Made by a program: the position numbers and the translations under genes. The notes under the pieces are model-generated. The model was not told where the DNA came from. It was given only the letters and a program-made list of their open reading frames with translations, and did no database searches. From an uncultured bacterium (GTDB lineage: Bacteria; Hinthialibacterota; Hinthialibacteria; Hinthialibacterales; Hinthialibacteraceae), in contig CAYVAZ010000004.1 of NCBI GenBank assembly GCA_964449065.1, forward strand, positions 1 through 44,620: DNA of 44,620 nucleotides. Reading direction: 5' to 3'. This document shows positions 9,820 through 19,019 of the stretch, piece after piece; position 1 is the stretch's first letter; each line of letters begins with the position of its first letter.

Positions 9820-10803
9820 TTACATCGTAAACAAAATTTTCCCGCTGCGGCCGCTTTGCTTGGCGTGTTCAATCGCTTCTGGATATTTCTCTAACGGATA
9901 GGTCTTTTCTACAGGGATTTCAAATTGATCTTCCATGAATATCTCAAATAACTTCTCAAACATGGTCGAGATCTCATACTGCATTGCGTGCTTATACCAC
10001 TGCGTTAGCCAGAAGCCGTGGAACGAAATGTTTTTGAAGATCAACAACCCGTTCGGGATTTCCATCGGCTGCATACCCATCGCCCCAAACGTAACCAAAC
10101 AGCCTTGGGGGGAAAGAGACTTTGCAATTTCACGGGCACTGTTTCCGCCTACTGCGTTTAAACCCAGTTTGAGGTTGGCATTATTCACGGCTTCGCTCAC
10201 CTTTTTCGAAAATTTTTCCTCTTCCACAATCACCACATCCGCCCCGTCGCGTTTGAGCGGTTCGATCAGTTCTTCACGCCGCACAATGTTGATTGTGCGC
10301 AGTCCGAGTTTTTTCGCAATATGAATCGCCGAACGGCCTACAACAGAATTCGCCGCGTTTTGAATGATCCAATCGCCTGGCATCAGTGCGGCAAAATCAT
10401 GAATCATCCGCCAGGCTGTTGGAGGGTTCACCGTGATCATCGCGGCGGTTTCGGGTGGAATCGCATCGGGTACGACAACCACTTCATTCGCACTGACAAT
10501 CCGCCGCTCGCACCAAGACCCCAATTTCGCTTGGGTGACAACCCGCTGCCCCGGTTGGATTGCTTCAACGCCCTTCCCTACTTCCATAACCGTCCCCGTC
10601 CCTTCATTGCCGATGGTGCAGGGCAGTTCAAGTGGAATGGGATAGTTGCCTTCTATCAAGTTGATATCGGCGGGATTGATGGGCGCGCAGTCCATCTTGA
10701 CCCGGATTTGCCCGGGGTCTAATCGTTGCTCATTTTCTTCCACCAAAAAAAGCGCGTCTTCTATCCGGCCATGCCGGTTTAATTGAAGCGATTTCACCAT
10801 CAT
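9820..10803 (-). CDS. 2-enoyl thioester reductase (MECR/ETR-like, MDR superfamily)
   Basis: PINPADIN, GNEG, VNPPTA, QNAANSVVG and GKIL motifs. Confidence 0.9.
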   Translation of the reverse strand: MMVKSLQLNRHGRIEDALFLVEENEQRLDPGQIRVKMDCAPINPADINLIEGNYPIPLELPCTIGNEGTGTVMEVGKGVEAIQPGQRVVTQAKLGSWCERRIVSANEVVVVPDAIPPETAAMITVNPPTAWRMIHDFAALMPGDWIIQNAANSVVGRSAIHIAKKLGLRTINIVRREELIEPLKRDGADVVIVEEEKFSKKVSEAVNNANLKLGLNAVGGNSAREIAKSLSPQGCLVTFGAMGMQPMEIPNGLLIFKNISFHGFWLTQWYKHAMQYEISTMFEKLFEIFMEDQFEIPVEKTYPLEKYPEAIEHAKQSGRSGKILFTM

Positions 10804-12197
10804 TACTCTCCCTTTTGAAGTTGTACCGTGAAATGAAAGGCGCTGCCGCTTTGAATCTCTCCGCTTTCCGGATCGATCCAGGGGCTTTCAACTTCGACCG
10901 TGCCGTTCATCATCAAAACCAATTGGCGAACGATTGACAACCCCAATCCCGTTCCTACATACGAACGCGACATCGAGGGGTCAACCTGTTCAAATTTCTG
11001 AAAAATGATCTGTTGCTTATCCGGTGGAATTCCGATACCATGATCGCGCACACTGCATTGCAATTGAATGACGCCGCCGTCCACCTCTTGAAAGCGCGCG
11101 GCAACCCAAATGTCTCCTTCATCGGAAAATTTAATCGCATTTCCGGTTAGGTTGGTGAGGATTTGTTGAATTCTGGTTTCATCTCCCCGTACCGTTTGAG
11201 AGCAATTCCCCGAAACCGTCAACACGATTGACATTCCCTTTTGCTGCGCTTGTGCTTGTAAGGTATCGACGACGGATTGAATAGAAGATTGCATGTCAAA
11301 CGGAACGTCCACCAATTGCAGTTTCCCCGATTCGATTTTCGCAATATCCAACACATCGTTGATGATATTCATTAGCAGCATAGCGGACCGTTGGATAGTA
11401 CCCAGTTTTTCTTTTTGCATCGAATTCAGTCTTGTTTGTAACAACACATCCGTCATTCCAATGATACCATGCATGGGTGTGCGTATCTCATGACTCATAT
11501 TGGCCAAAAACTGGCTTTTGGCCTGGTCGGCAAACTCCGCTTCTTCTTTGGCATGACGTAAATTTTGTTCCAACACTTTGTATTGCTCCAATGTAAGAAC
11601 CAAGTAACAAAACATTTGATACCGCGTATAAAAGACCAGCGCGGACAATACAAGGGCGGTAAACTGCATGATTCCATAATGAAGCCAGTCTTCCCACCCG
11701 GCAACCGTCATCATCAGGATTATCCAACTCAGCAAAATCGCAAAAACACTCAATACATACCAAAATGGGGAAAGAAAAAAACAACCAATTGCGATAATCA
11801 GAAGAGTTGTATTCGGGGTTTGATGGGCGTCACCCCGCAAAAAAATTAACGTGATACTGTCAATCCATAAAACAGCTGCCATGAAAGTCAATACAATATG
11901 TATCGACCAAGAGGGGAATACGTTCTTCCAATGCAAAACGGCAACGCTGAACATCATAACAGTACCGGTCATAGCGATTCCGGTCATGATGAAGTCTTGA
12001 GTGTTACTTTGTAAATACACTTGTAGGCAAGCCATTACACCGTAATAAACACCCATCACAACGGCAACCGTAATTAACTGAGAATCAATTAATTGGTTCA
12101 TGCGCAGTTTGATGAGTGACTGCGCTTCCTTCTTTCCAATGGGATGGAGAAGCGTAGGGAACGGTGAATGAATTCGGTCGGGCTGAATTGCAGCCAT
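10803..12197 (-). CDS. Membrane-bound sensor histidine kinase (HisKA + HATPase, no receiver domain)
   Basis: [14 protein letters not shown]-box; [15 protein letters not shown] and GTGLGL; several TM helices. Confidence 0.9.
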   Translation of the reverse strand: MAAIQPDRIHSPFPTLLHPIGKKEAQSLIKLRMNQLIDSQLITVAVVMGVYYGVMACLQVYLQSNTQDFIMTGIAMTGTVMMFSVAVLHWKNVFPSWSIHIVLTFMAAVLWIDSITLIFLRGDAHQTPNTTLLIIAIGCFFLSPFWYVLSVFAILLSWIILMMTVAGWEDWLHYGIMQFTALVLSALVFYTRYQMFCYLVLTLEQYKVLEQNLRHAKEEAEFADQAKSQFLANMSHEIRTPMHGIIGMTDVLLQTRLNSMQKEKLGTIQRSAMLLMNIINDVLDIAKIESGKLQLVDVPFDMQSSIQSVVDTLQAQAQQKGMSIVLTVSGNCSQTVRGDETRIQQILTNLTGNAIKFSDEGDIWVAARFQEVDGGVIQLQCSVRDHGIGIPPDKQQIIFQKFEQVDPSMSRSYVGTGLGLSIVRQLVLMMNGTVEVESPWIDPESGEIQSGSAFHFTVQLQKGE

Positions 12198-12230
12198 AAG
12201 TTAAGTCCGGAAATATCAGAGTGATTCTAT

Positions 12231-12263
12231 AAAAAAAGAGGATGGGTTTTGACCATCCTCTTT
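12231..12263 (-). terminator. Rho-independent terminator of the bacilliredoxin gene
   Basis: Stem AAAGAGGATGG/CCATCCTCTTT with a U-run on the minus strand. Confidence 0.75.
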
Positions 12264-12289
12264 CATTATCGAGCAAAATAAAATAATTC

Positions 12290-12802
12290 TCAACCTTGCC
12301 CATACACCGGAATGGAAGAGCCACATTTTTTGACGGGGTTAATCTTTTCGTATTCTTCTGCCGGGATGGAAGGGCCTTGGCGGCTGCATTTTTCATCAAA
12401 GGCCTTTGCCAGGGTGTCGGCGATCATATCGGCGTTCATTTGCTCGATTTGATACCGTTCCAAGACAAACACAGGCTTGCCCCCTTCAAACAGCGCAATG
12501 CAGGGGGATGATGGAGAAACATCGCTCATGTGCTCACGGGCGCGCTGCACGGCATCACGGTCAACACCAGCGAATACGGTCCCCAAATGATCCGGGATTT
12601 TATTGTGCTGCAACGCTTTCATCACGCCGGGACGTGCTCCGCCCGCCGCGCAACCGCAAACAGAATTCACTACCACCATTGCGGTGCCTTCGTTTTTCAA
12701 TAAATCATCAACCATATCGGGAGTGGTCAACGGCTCTACGCCAACCGCTTTTAGTTCTTCCCACATTGGCTTTACGGCTTCTGGATCGTATAATGGCTGC
12801 AT
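12290..12802 (-). CDS. BrxA/BrxB family bacilliredoxin
   Basis: VNSVCGCAAGGARP, TVFAGVD and SSPCIALF motifs; AGGAG SD. Confidence 0.9.
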   Translation of the reverse strand: MQPLYDPEAVKPMWEELKAVGVEPLTTPDMVDDLLKNEGTAMVVVNSVCGCAAGGARPGVMKALQHNKIPDHLGTVFAGVDRDAVQRAREHMSDVSPSSPCIALFEGGKPVFVLERYQIEQMNADMIADTLAKAFDEKCSRQGPSIPAEEYEKINPVKKCGSSIPVYGQG

Positions 12803-12991
12803 GTTTTTCTCCTATATATCGTATATTTTGGCTGCCTTTTAATATTTACAATTTCGGTAAAGTTTATTGAACGCCAAATTGATGTCAAGATGATTCGATT
12901 TGAAAGTGAATTTGTCTGAAATTTCATTACCTTTTTCTGATATCTTACTACTATAATAAGTATATTGCGTTGTATCTTTTATGAGGAGAGC

Positions 12992-13645
12992 ATGAAGATG
13001 AATAAGCAAAAAGCCTTTACCTTAATTGAATTGTTGATCGTTGTTGCCATCATCGGTGTCTTAGCCGCCATCGCTGTTCCCAACTTCTTAAACGCGCAGG
13101 TTCGGGCCAAAATCTCCCGCTGTTATGCCGATATGCGCTCCGTTGGCATGGGTATCGAAATGCTGCGGATGGACAAAGGCGTCCTGCCCGTCGATTGGTG
13201 GGATGACGACGACGATTGGGGACACGAACGCCTGCGCAAAGTATTTAACATGGTCGGTGCCGGACCCGATTTTGAAGCGCGGGGACGAGCCGCCGTTTTG
13301 GCTCCACTCACCAGCCCGGTCAACTATATGGCTTCCATTCCCAAAGACCCTTTTCAGGATGATCCCGAACTCAATCAGGGCGCGTACTATTATGTAGACA
13401 ATGACCCCGAACACTCCCGCGAAGACCACGATTTCCCGGTATACAAATTCGCCACTGCTCACCAGTATGGTGTGGAACCGCTGCATGAAGGCGACTGGGC
13501 TTTAGGGGGCATTGGGCCGGACCGTGCCTGGTACTCTACAACGGGTGGACAGGATGTAAGAGAGTTTCGGGGCAGCCGATTTGATATCAGCAATGGACTC
13601 GACAGCCGCGGGGATATCATGCTGACCAGCCGGGGGATACAATAA
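12992..13645 (+). CDS. Prepilin-type N-terminal cleavage/methylation domain protein
   Basis: KA|FTLIELLIVVAIIGVLAAIAVPNF; GAGGAG SD before ATG 12992/12998. Confidence 0.9.
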   Translation: MKMNKQKAFTLIELLIVVAIIGVLAAIAVPNFLNAQVRAKISRCYADMRSVGMGIEMLRMDKGVLPVDWWDDDDDWGHERLRKVFNMVGAGPDFEARGRAAVLAPLTSPVNYMASIPKDPFQDDPELNQGAYYYVDNDPEHSREDHDFPVYKFATAHQYGVEPLHEGDWALGGIGPDRAWYSTTGGQDVREFRGSRFDISNGLDSRGDIMLTSRGIQ

Positions 13646-13737
13646 CGGCGTGTGAGTTGTGCTTTTATTTTTTGTATAAAAGAGAATTTCTTCAACGGAA
13701 AAAGTAATCAGATTAGACGATACGCTGGTTTCCGATT

Positions 13738-14232
13738 GGATGTTCCATTCAAGAATTAATCCCTGATGTTCGGAACCGGTTCTTTCTGATGATGCCGCTT
13801 CAGAAGATGAAAGCCTGCCTTCACGATAGGAATCCGTCACCAAAGCATTTCGTGATGCAGGATATTCTTCCATCCCGGATCAACCGCAATAGGCGGATTA
13901 ATTGTTCCCCCGTATGATGATTTTTCACCCACAATCGGTATTTGGGTTATGCCGGATAATGAAAAGACGGGAATGCTGGAAGATTTTACCCAATTTTTGT
14001 CTCGGCTGGTGATGATCTCATCGGATACGCCAATCCATGTGTGAACAATATTGAGAATCCAAGATTCAAAACTGTTTATGCTTCAAAAGCAATCATTCAT
14101 ACCTAGCTCGCGTGGCAAGATGACCCTGGGAAACCACTGGGACAAGCCGTGTTACAAAAATACTGGGATTCGGATTGTCCCCAAGCCAGTTAGTTTGTCC
14201 AGTGGATCAAAACTCTCTTCGCAATACCAATA
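13738..14232 (+). pseudogene. DUF3226-like pseudogene
   Basis: Manual translation across frameshifts gives R*ESV..AGYSSIPDQP / IGIWVMPDNEKTGMLEDF / SKAIIHT*LAWQDDPGKPLGQAV..PQAS*FVQWIKTLF; TAG stops at 13827, 14104 and 14191. Confidence 0.75.
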
Positions 14233-14248
14233 GCGAACGGAAAAATCG

Positions 14249-14300
14249 AATGCAATTAAAATACAATTAAAATACAATTAAAATGCAATTAAAATGCAAT
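14249..14300 (+). repeat. 11-bp tandem repeat AATRCAATTAA, about 4.7 copies
   Basis: Read directly from the sequence. Confidence 0.9.
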
Positions 14301-14517
14301 CGAACTGAATCGGCCTCGGCTGAATAAATAAAACAGTCTCTTATTTCTTCCAGTTCGAATCTATTCGGAAGACATCACAAATATAGTGTCAGAGCAAAAC
14401 GAATATCCACACATGATCTGTTCCCTTATGGGCTACATCCGAATTCATTTCCTAGCCTCTATACAGGTGGTTGTGGGTACAAGTTCCACCTCCAAACGCA
14501 AACCGTCTTCCAGCAAC

Positions 14518-15822
14518 TTAAAATGAAATAGTCGCCATCAAATAGCCCCAATCCGCATCCGAATCATCACCGGTATCGCTGACAAAATCTCCGGTAAAAA
14601 AGTGTGAATACCCCACTTCAGCCGTGAACCAATCCGTCGGTTTGTAGTTAGCCCGTAAGTCGATTTCCGTTCCCACATAGCTATCCGGATCGGTACCGGG
14701 CGCGGCACGGCGCACAACCCCGCCGCCGGCGTTGTACCAGGCATCGGTGGTTTCATCCAAAAAGACAAAATGCGCTTCGGCGAACAGGGTAACCTTTTCT
14801 ATTGGATTGGCTTTCACATCGATTTCAATCTGATGCGAGTTGCGCCATGAAAATAAATCCATTTGCCCATAGTGAATGTGATTGGTCGGAAACAGGTTAT
14901 CAAACGTTTCATTGTCACCATCATTTGGGTCTTCATCGCCCGGAGAGAAGTCATACCCTAACGCGAGACGGGGTGTCCAGGGGGTGTTTTGAAAGGTGTA
15001 GCCGGCTTCACCGTGAATGGCAAATGAAGCGTGATCCAGCGGGCCTACTTCCCCCAGCTGGCCGGCACCTTCAAATTCCCAATCCCAGCCGGAATCGTAT
15101 TGGTTACCGGTCCGCAAACCGAATGTGGTGATATCGATATCGGCGTTATCGTTGTGTTTGTGGATGACGTACGGTTCCAAAAATCCAACGTATTCAATCT
15201 GATTCCAAACCGAATACACACCATACAATTGATTGTCGTTATCCAGAAAATCATTAAACTCTCCATAGGTGCGGTTGACCGGCTCGGCAGCGAAGACATC
15301 AATTGAACCGCCGTATTCATCTAAATCCACCGTCAGCTTCGCGGCATCAAACGCCCGTCCGGTGTTGACCCACAACAGGTGACCGATTAAACGCTGTTTC
15401 CCGTACGCTAAAATCTGCCGCCCAACACGGAAGGAGACCGGAGAACCGCCAATGTTCTTTAAATCGGCATACGCCAAAAACAGATCAATATCATCTTCGA
15501 ACAAATTGTTTACCGGTGCGCGTGAAATGATATCCGAACCGAATTCACGCGAATCCATTAGTTCTGCAAAGAGCGTAAAGGATTCGTTCGGATGATAGTC
15601 TGCATGAAACCGGTTGCGCAGCAATGCGCGGGTATCATCCAAATCGCTCAAGCCGTTTGCTGTTGGAAAATCGCTGAACGATTCAAACCGCAACCGGCTT
15701 TCCCCGCCAAAGCTAAGCGTATCGTCGAATACCGATATCCGGTCCGCCGCTATTGATGGCAATACACTGAATCCTCCCACAACTGCTGCAACACCCCACT
15801 GAATAAACCGTTTTCCTTTCAT
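14518..15822 (-). CDS. Alginate-export (AlgE-like) family outer-membrane porin
   Basis: Signal peptide; GRQILAYGKQRL, FDNLFPTNH and GTEIDL motifs; C-terminal Phe; GGAGG SD. Confidence 0.85.
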   Translation of the reverse strand: MKGKRFIQWGVAAVVGGFSVLPSIAADRISVFDDTLSFGGESRLRFESFSDFPTANGLSDLDDTRALLRNRFHADYHPNESFTLFAELMDSREFGSDIISRAPVNNLFEDDIDLFLAYADLKNIGGSPVSFRVGRQILAYGKQRLIGHLLWVNTGRAFDAAKLTVDLDEYGGSIDVFAAEPVNRTYGEFNDFLDNDNQLYGVYSVWNQIEYVGFLEPYVIHKHNDNADIDITTFGLRTGNQYDSGWDWEFEGAGQLGEVGPLDHASFAIHGEAGYTFQNTPWTPRLALGYDFSPGDEDPNDGDNETFDNLFPTNHIHYGQMDLFSWRNSHQIEIDVKANPIEKVTLFAEAHFVFLDETTDAWYNAGGGVVRRAAPGTDPDSYVGTEIDLRANYKPTDWFTAEVGYSHFFTGDFVSDTGDDSDADWGYLMATISF

Positions 15823-15960
15823 GCTGCCCTCCTGCTCTTTGATAGTTACTCCATATTTAAAACCGGTATCTTGAATACATAATTTTAAGTCTCTTTATAT
15901 CTTTATAAAGATTGCTATTCAATTATTTCTGATGTTTACTGAAGTCATTACCGGATAAAG

Positions 15961-15978
15961 ATGCAATCTCAATACCAG
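15961..15978 (-). promoter_or_regulatory. Sigma54 -24/-12 promoter of the porin gene
   Basis: Minus strand CTGGTATTGAGATTGCAT = GG-N10-GC. Confidence 0.7.
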
Positions 15979-16184
15979 TTTTAAAAAAAAACAACAAACC
16001 ATGAAAAGAAAATGGTAAAACGTTTGTTTTCCAGTAAATGATTATAAAAAATCCTCATTTGGCAGGACAAAATAATGAGGATTCGGTTGGAGAAAACGTT
16101 CAACTTTTTAATAATGTTGCTATTTGCATACAGGTTTCTGAACAGATTGTTCAGATATATATTCGGTTTCCAAATGGTAAAAAG

Positions 16185-16284
16185 NNNNNNNNNNNNNNNN
16201 NNNNNNNNNNNNNNNNNNNNNNNNNNNNNNNNNNNNNNNNNNNNNNNNNNNNNNNNNNNNNNNNNNNNNNNNNNNNNNNNNNNN
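16185..16284. other. Assembly gap (100 N)
   Basis: Run of N. Confidence 1.
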
Positions 16285-16303
16285 AAGCCATTTGAAATTG
16301 AGA

Positions 16304-16320
16304 TTGGTACTCATATTGCT
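16304..16320 (+). promoter_or_regulatory. Sigma54 -24/-12 promoter of the cyanate operon
   Basis: TTGGTACTCATATTGCT = GG-N10-GC, about 50 bp before the ATG. Confidence 0.75.
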
Positions 16321-16370
16321 CTCTTTTCGGCTATTCGAAATAAACCAATCTGCCCAACAAGGAGAGGCCT

Positions 16371-17831
16371 ATGAGTCTGTTTAAAGATCCCTTTGATCCC
16401 AACGTAAACATTTGGAATGAGTGTGGAGAGACCGGCGTCTCGGATGACACGCAAGCCGATGCGCCTGCCCGTGAATTTATCGACATGGTGCAATCTCCAA
16501 AAGAAAACGAAACGCAAGAGTTTTTGGAAGACCGTGAACTGAACCGAAAATGCTCCGGCTCGGTACTGCAACGGATGATGGAGAGCACGGTTCTGCAAAG
16601 CATGTTTAAAACCGATCAAAACCGCCGGCGCTTTTTAAAGGCCGTGGGTGCCGGCGCGGCCTATTCCGCCATCAGTTCCATCGTGCCGTTCAATCAGTTG
16701 CAGGCGATGGTGGAAGATGCCAAAAAGAATATTGAAAAGAAGGAACTCAAAGTGGGCTTTGTTCCCATTACGTGTGCCACACCGATTATCGGCGGCCGCG
16801 CGTTAGGGTTCTTTGAAAAGTATGGGCTGAAGGTGGATATTGTCAAAACGGCAGGCTGGGCGGTCGCGCGCGACAAATGCATGAATGGTGAATACGATGC
16901 CTCTCACTTGCTTGCCCCAATGCCGGCGGCAATGTCGCTTGGATTGGGGTCCGCTTCTCAAGATTGGCGCATGGTGACCAACGTGAACACCAACGGCCAG
17001 GCAATTGTATTGGCGAACAAGCATAAGGATAAAAACGACCCGAAACTTTGGAAAGGGTTTAAATTCGGCGTTCCATTCGAATACTCGATGCACAACCTGC
17101 TGCTGCGTTTGTATGTCGCCGAACACGGCATCGATCCCGATAAAGACATTCAAATCCGCGTGATTCCACCGCCCGAAATGGTTGCCAACCTGCGCGCCGA
17201 AAACGTAGACGGTTACTTAGCGCCGGATCCATTCAACCAACGCGCGGTATATGATGGCGTCGGGTTTATCCACAAATTAACCAAAGACATTTGGGATCAG
17301 CACCCATGTTGCTGCTTTGCCATCAGCCAAAAGTTCATCGATGAAAATCCCAACACGTTCATCGTTCTCCTTACCTCTATCTTGGATTCGACCAACACCG
17401 TTGAATTGATGGAAAACCGCGCCGTATTCGCGGAAGCCATGGCCCCCCGGAACTACCTCAACCAGCCGGAAGCGGTTTTGAAACAAATTCTCACCGGGGT
17501 GTATCCGGACGGACTGGGCAATATCCGTAAAGTGCCGGACCGCATTTCCTTTATGCCCTATCCAACGCAATCCATGGGAGTGTGGATTCTATCGCAGATG
17601 AAGCGGTGGGATTACATCAAAGACGATATCAACTACAAAACGATTTCCGATCAAATCTTTTTATCGACCGAAGCGGAAAAAGCGATGGTCTCCATGTCGG
17701 AAGCCAACAAAAACGTAAAATGGTCAGACATTCCGCAAGAGAAATATCCAGAGTATGACGTGTATGGCAAGAAATTCGACCCCGATAATATCGAATCGTA
17801 TCTTGATTCGTTTGCCATTAAACGTTCCTAG
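16371..17831 (+). CDS. cynA: CmpA/NrtA-family ABC substrate-binding protein, probably for cyanate
   Basis: GFVPITCATP, PFEYSMHN, APDPFNQRA and HPCC motifs; internal twin-Arg RRRFLK; in an operon with cyanase. Confidence 0.85.
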   Translation: MSLFKDPFDPNVNIWNECGETGVSDDTQADAPAREFIDMVQSPKENETQEFLEDRELNRKCSGSVLQRMMESTVLQSMFKTDQNRRRFLKAVGAGAAYSAISSIVPFNQLQAMVEDAKKNIEKKELKVGFVPITCATPIIGGRALGFFEKYGLKVDIVKTAGWAVARDKCMNGEYDASHLLAPMPAAMSLGLGSASQDWRMVTNVNTNGQAIVLANKHKDKNDPKLWKGFKFGVPFEYSMHNLLLRLYVAEHGIDPDKDIQIRVIPPPEMVANLRAENVDGYLAPDPFNQRAVYDGVGFIHKLTKDIWDQHPCCCFAISQKFIDENPNTFIVLLTSILDSTNTVELMENRAVFAEAMAPRNYLNQPEAVLKQILTGVYPDGLGNIRKVPDRISFMPYPTQSMGVWILSQMKRWDYIKDDINYKTISDQIFLSTEAEKAMVSMSEANKNVKWSDIPQEKYPEYDVYGKKFDPDNIESYLDSFAIKRS

Positions 17832-17935
17832 AGCGTTTTAGAGTTGGATAGACAGAATCTTTTGTTCCCCCCTTATTGGGGGGTAGAGGGATCAAAGACG
17901 ATCTCTTTCAATCTACGCAAACCTGAATTGCTCTA
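17829..17935. mobile_element. MITE-like element family 1, copy 2, carrying a CCCCCC/GGGGGG hairpin
   Basis: Ends match 117-145 and 199-222; length 107 bp versus 106 bp. Confidence 0.7.
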
Positions 17936-17965
17936 ACGGAATTTCAAAACTCAAATCATTAATCA

Positions 17966-17992
17966 GGGTGGCGGTGTAACACACCGCCACCC
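17966..17992. promoter_or_regulatory. Perfect 12-bp stem-loop before the permease gene
   Basis: GGGTGGCGGTGT-AAC-ACACCGCCACCC. Confidence 0.6.
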
Positions 17993-18000
17993 AAGGGAAA

Positions 18001-19005
18001 TTGATCTTGATCACCAAAATAAACTTACAAGCAGGAATTCTGTCTATTGTAATATTTGTCGTCTTCGTGATGATCTGGCATATCCTCACCGCCAAAACAT
18101 CATTGGATGCCGACAGCACAAACATCAAACCGGAACAGGTAACCGAACTCACGGAAATGGGGATGGCGGAGAATGATATCGAAATTTACGCGGAAACCGG
18201 ATTGGACTTTGATCAGATCAAACAAATTGCCGGTCTCGGTCTAAGTTACGATGACATTCAAATGGCAGGCGGGATTGAATCGTTCGGCTTTACGACCGGC
18301 GGTGCCGCCGAAGAAGCGGATACCGGCTTTCCACATCCCGCCCAAGTTTTGGCCCGCTCGTATGAATTATTAAAAGACCCGTTTTATGACAGGGGCCCGA
18401 ATGATAAGGGGATCGGCATTCAATTGTATTACTCGATCATCCGGGTGGGAATCGGATTTGGACTGGCGGTTTTAATTGCCGTACCCATCGGGTTTTTGGT
18501 GGGGATGTCTCCCATCGTCAATTTGGCTCTCATGCCGTTTATTCAGATTTTAAAGCCCATCTCGCCGCTGGCTTGGCTGCCCTTGGCTTTGTTTGCCTTG
18601 AAGGATTCCGAGATGGCATCCATTTTTGTCATCTTCATCTGTTCCATTTGGCCAATGCTGATCAACACAGCATTTGGCGTGGCCAGTGTGAACAAAGACT
18701 ACATCAACATCGCCCGCACGTTGGAACTCAGCAGTCTGCGGACCGCCTTTACGGTGATTCTTCCCGCCGCCGCTCCCACCATTTTCACCGGGATGAAAAT
18801 CTCGCTGGGGATCGCCTGGCTGGTTATCGTCGCGGCTGAAATGCTGGTCGGCGGGATCGGCATGGGGTACTTCGTCTGGAACGAGTGGAACGGTTTAAAC
18901 CTGGACACCATGATTTACGCGATCCTTGTGATTGGCATTGTTGGCTTGATCTTAGACCAGATGATCGGTCTATGCATTCGGATGGTTGATTATCAAGAGT
19001 TATAA
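18001..19005 (+). CDS. cynB: Nitrate/cyanate ABC permease (NtrB family)
   Basis: PFYDRGPNDKGIG, LKPISPLAWLP and WLVIVAAEM motifs; exact start uncertain. Confidence 0.85.
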   Translation: MILITKINLQAGILSIVIFVVFVMIWHILTAKTSLDADSTNIKPEQVTELTEMGMAENDIEIYAETGLDFDQIKQIAGLGLSYDDIQMAGGIESFGFTTGGAAEEADTGFPHPAQVLARSYELLKDPFYDRGPNDKGIGIQLYYSIIRVGIGFGLAVLIAVPIGFLVGMSPIVNLALMPFIQILKPISPLAWLPLALFALKDSEMASIFVIFICSIWPMLINTAFGVASVNKDYINIARTLELSSLRTAFTVILPAAAPTIFTGMKISLGIAWLVIVAAEMLVGGIGMGYFVWNEWNGLNLDTMIYAILVIGIVGLILDQMIGLCIRMVDYQEL

Positions 19006-19019
19006 GTTGGGATACCACC

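Noticed and set aside
13502..13873. 123-aa minus-strand ORF
   Set aside because: Antisense shadow of the pilin 3' end and the pseudogene
13738..14232. TAG recoding (alternative genetic code)
   Set aside because: The region also has frameshifts, and intact genes here (5849-6634, cynA) end in TAG
16038..16374. ORFs spanning the N run
   Set aside because: Artefacts of the assembly gap
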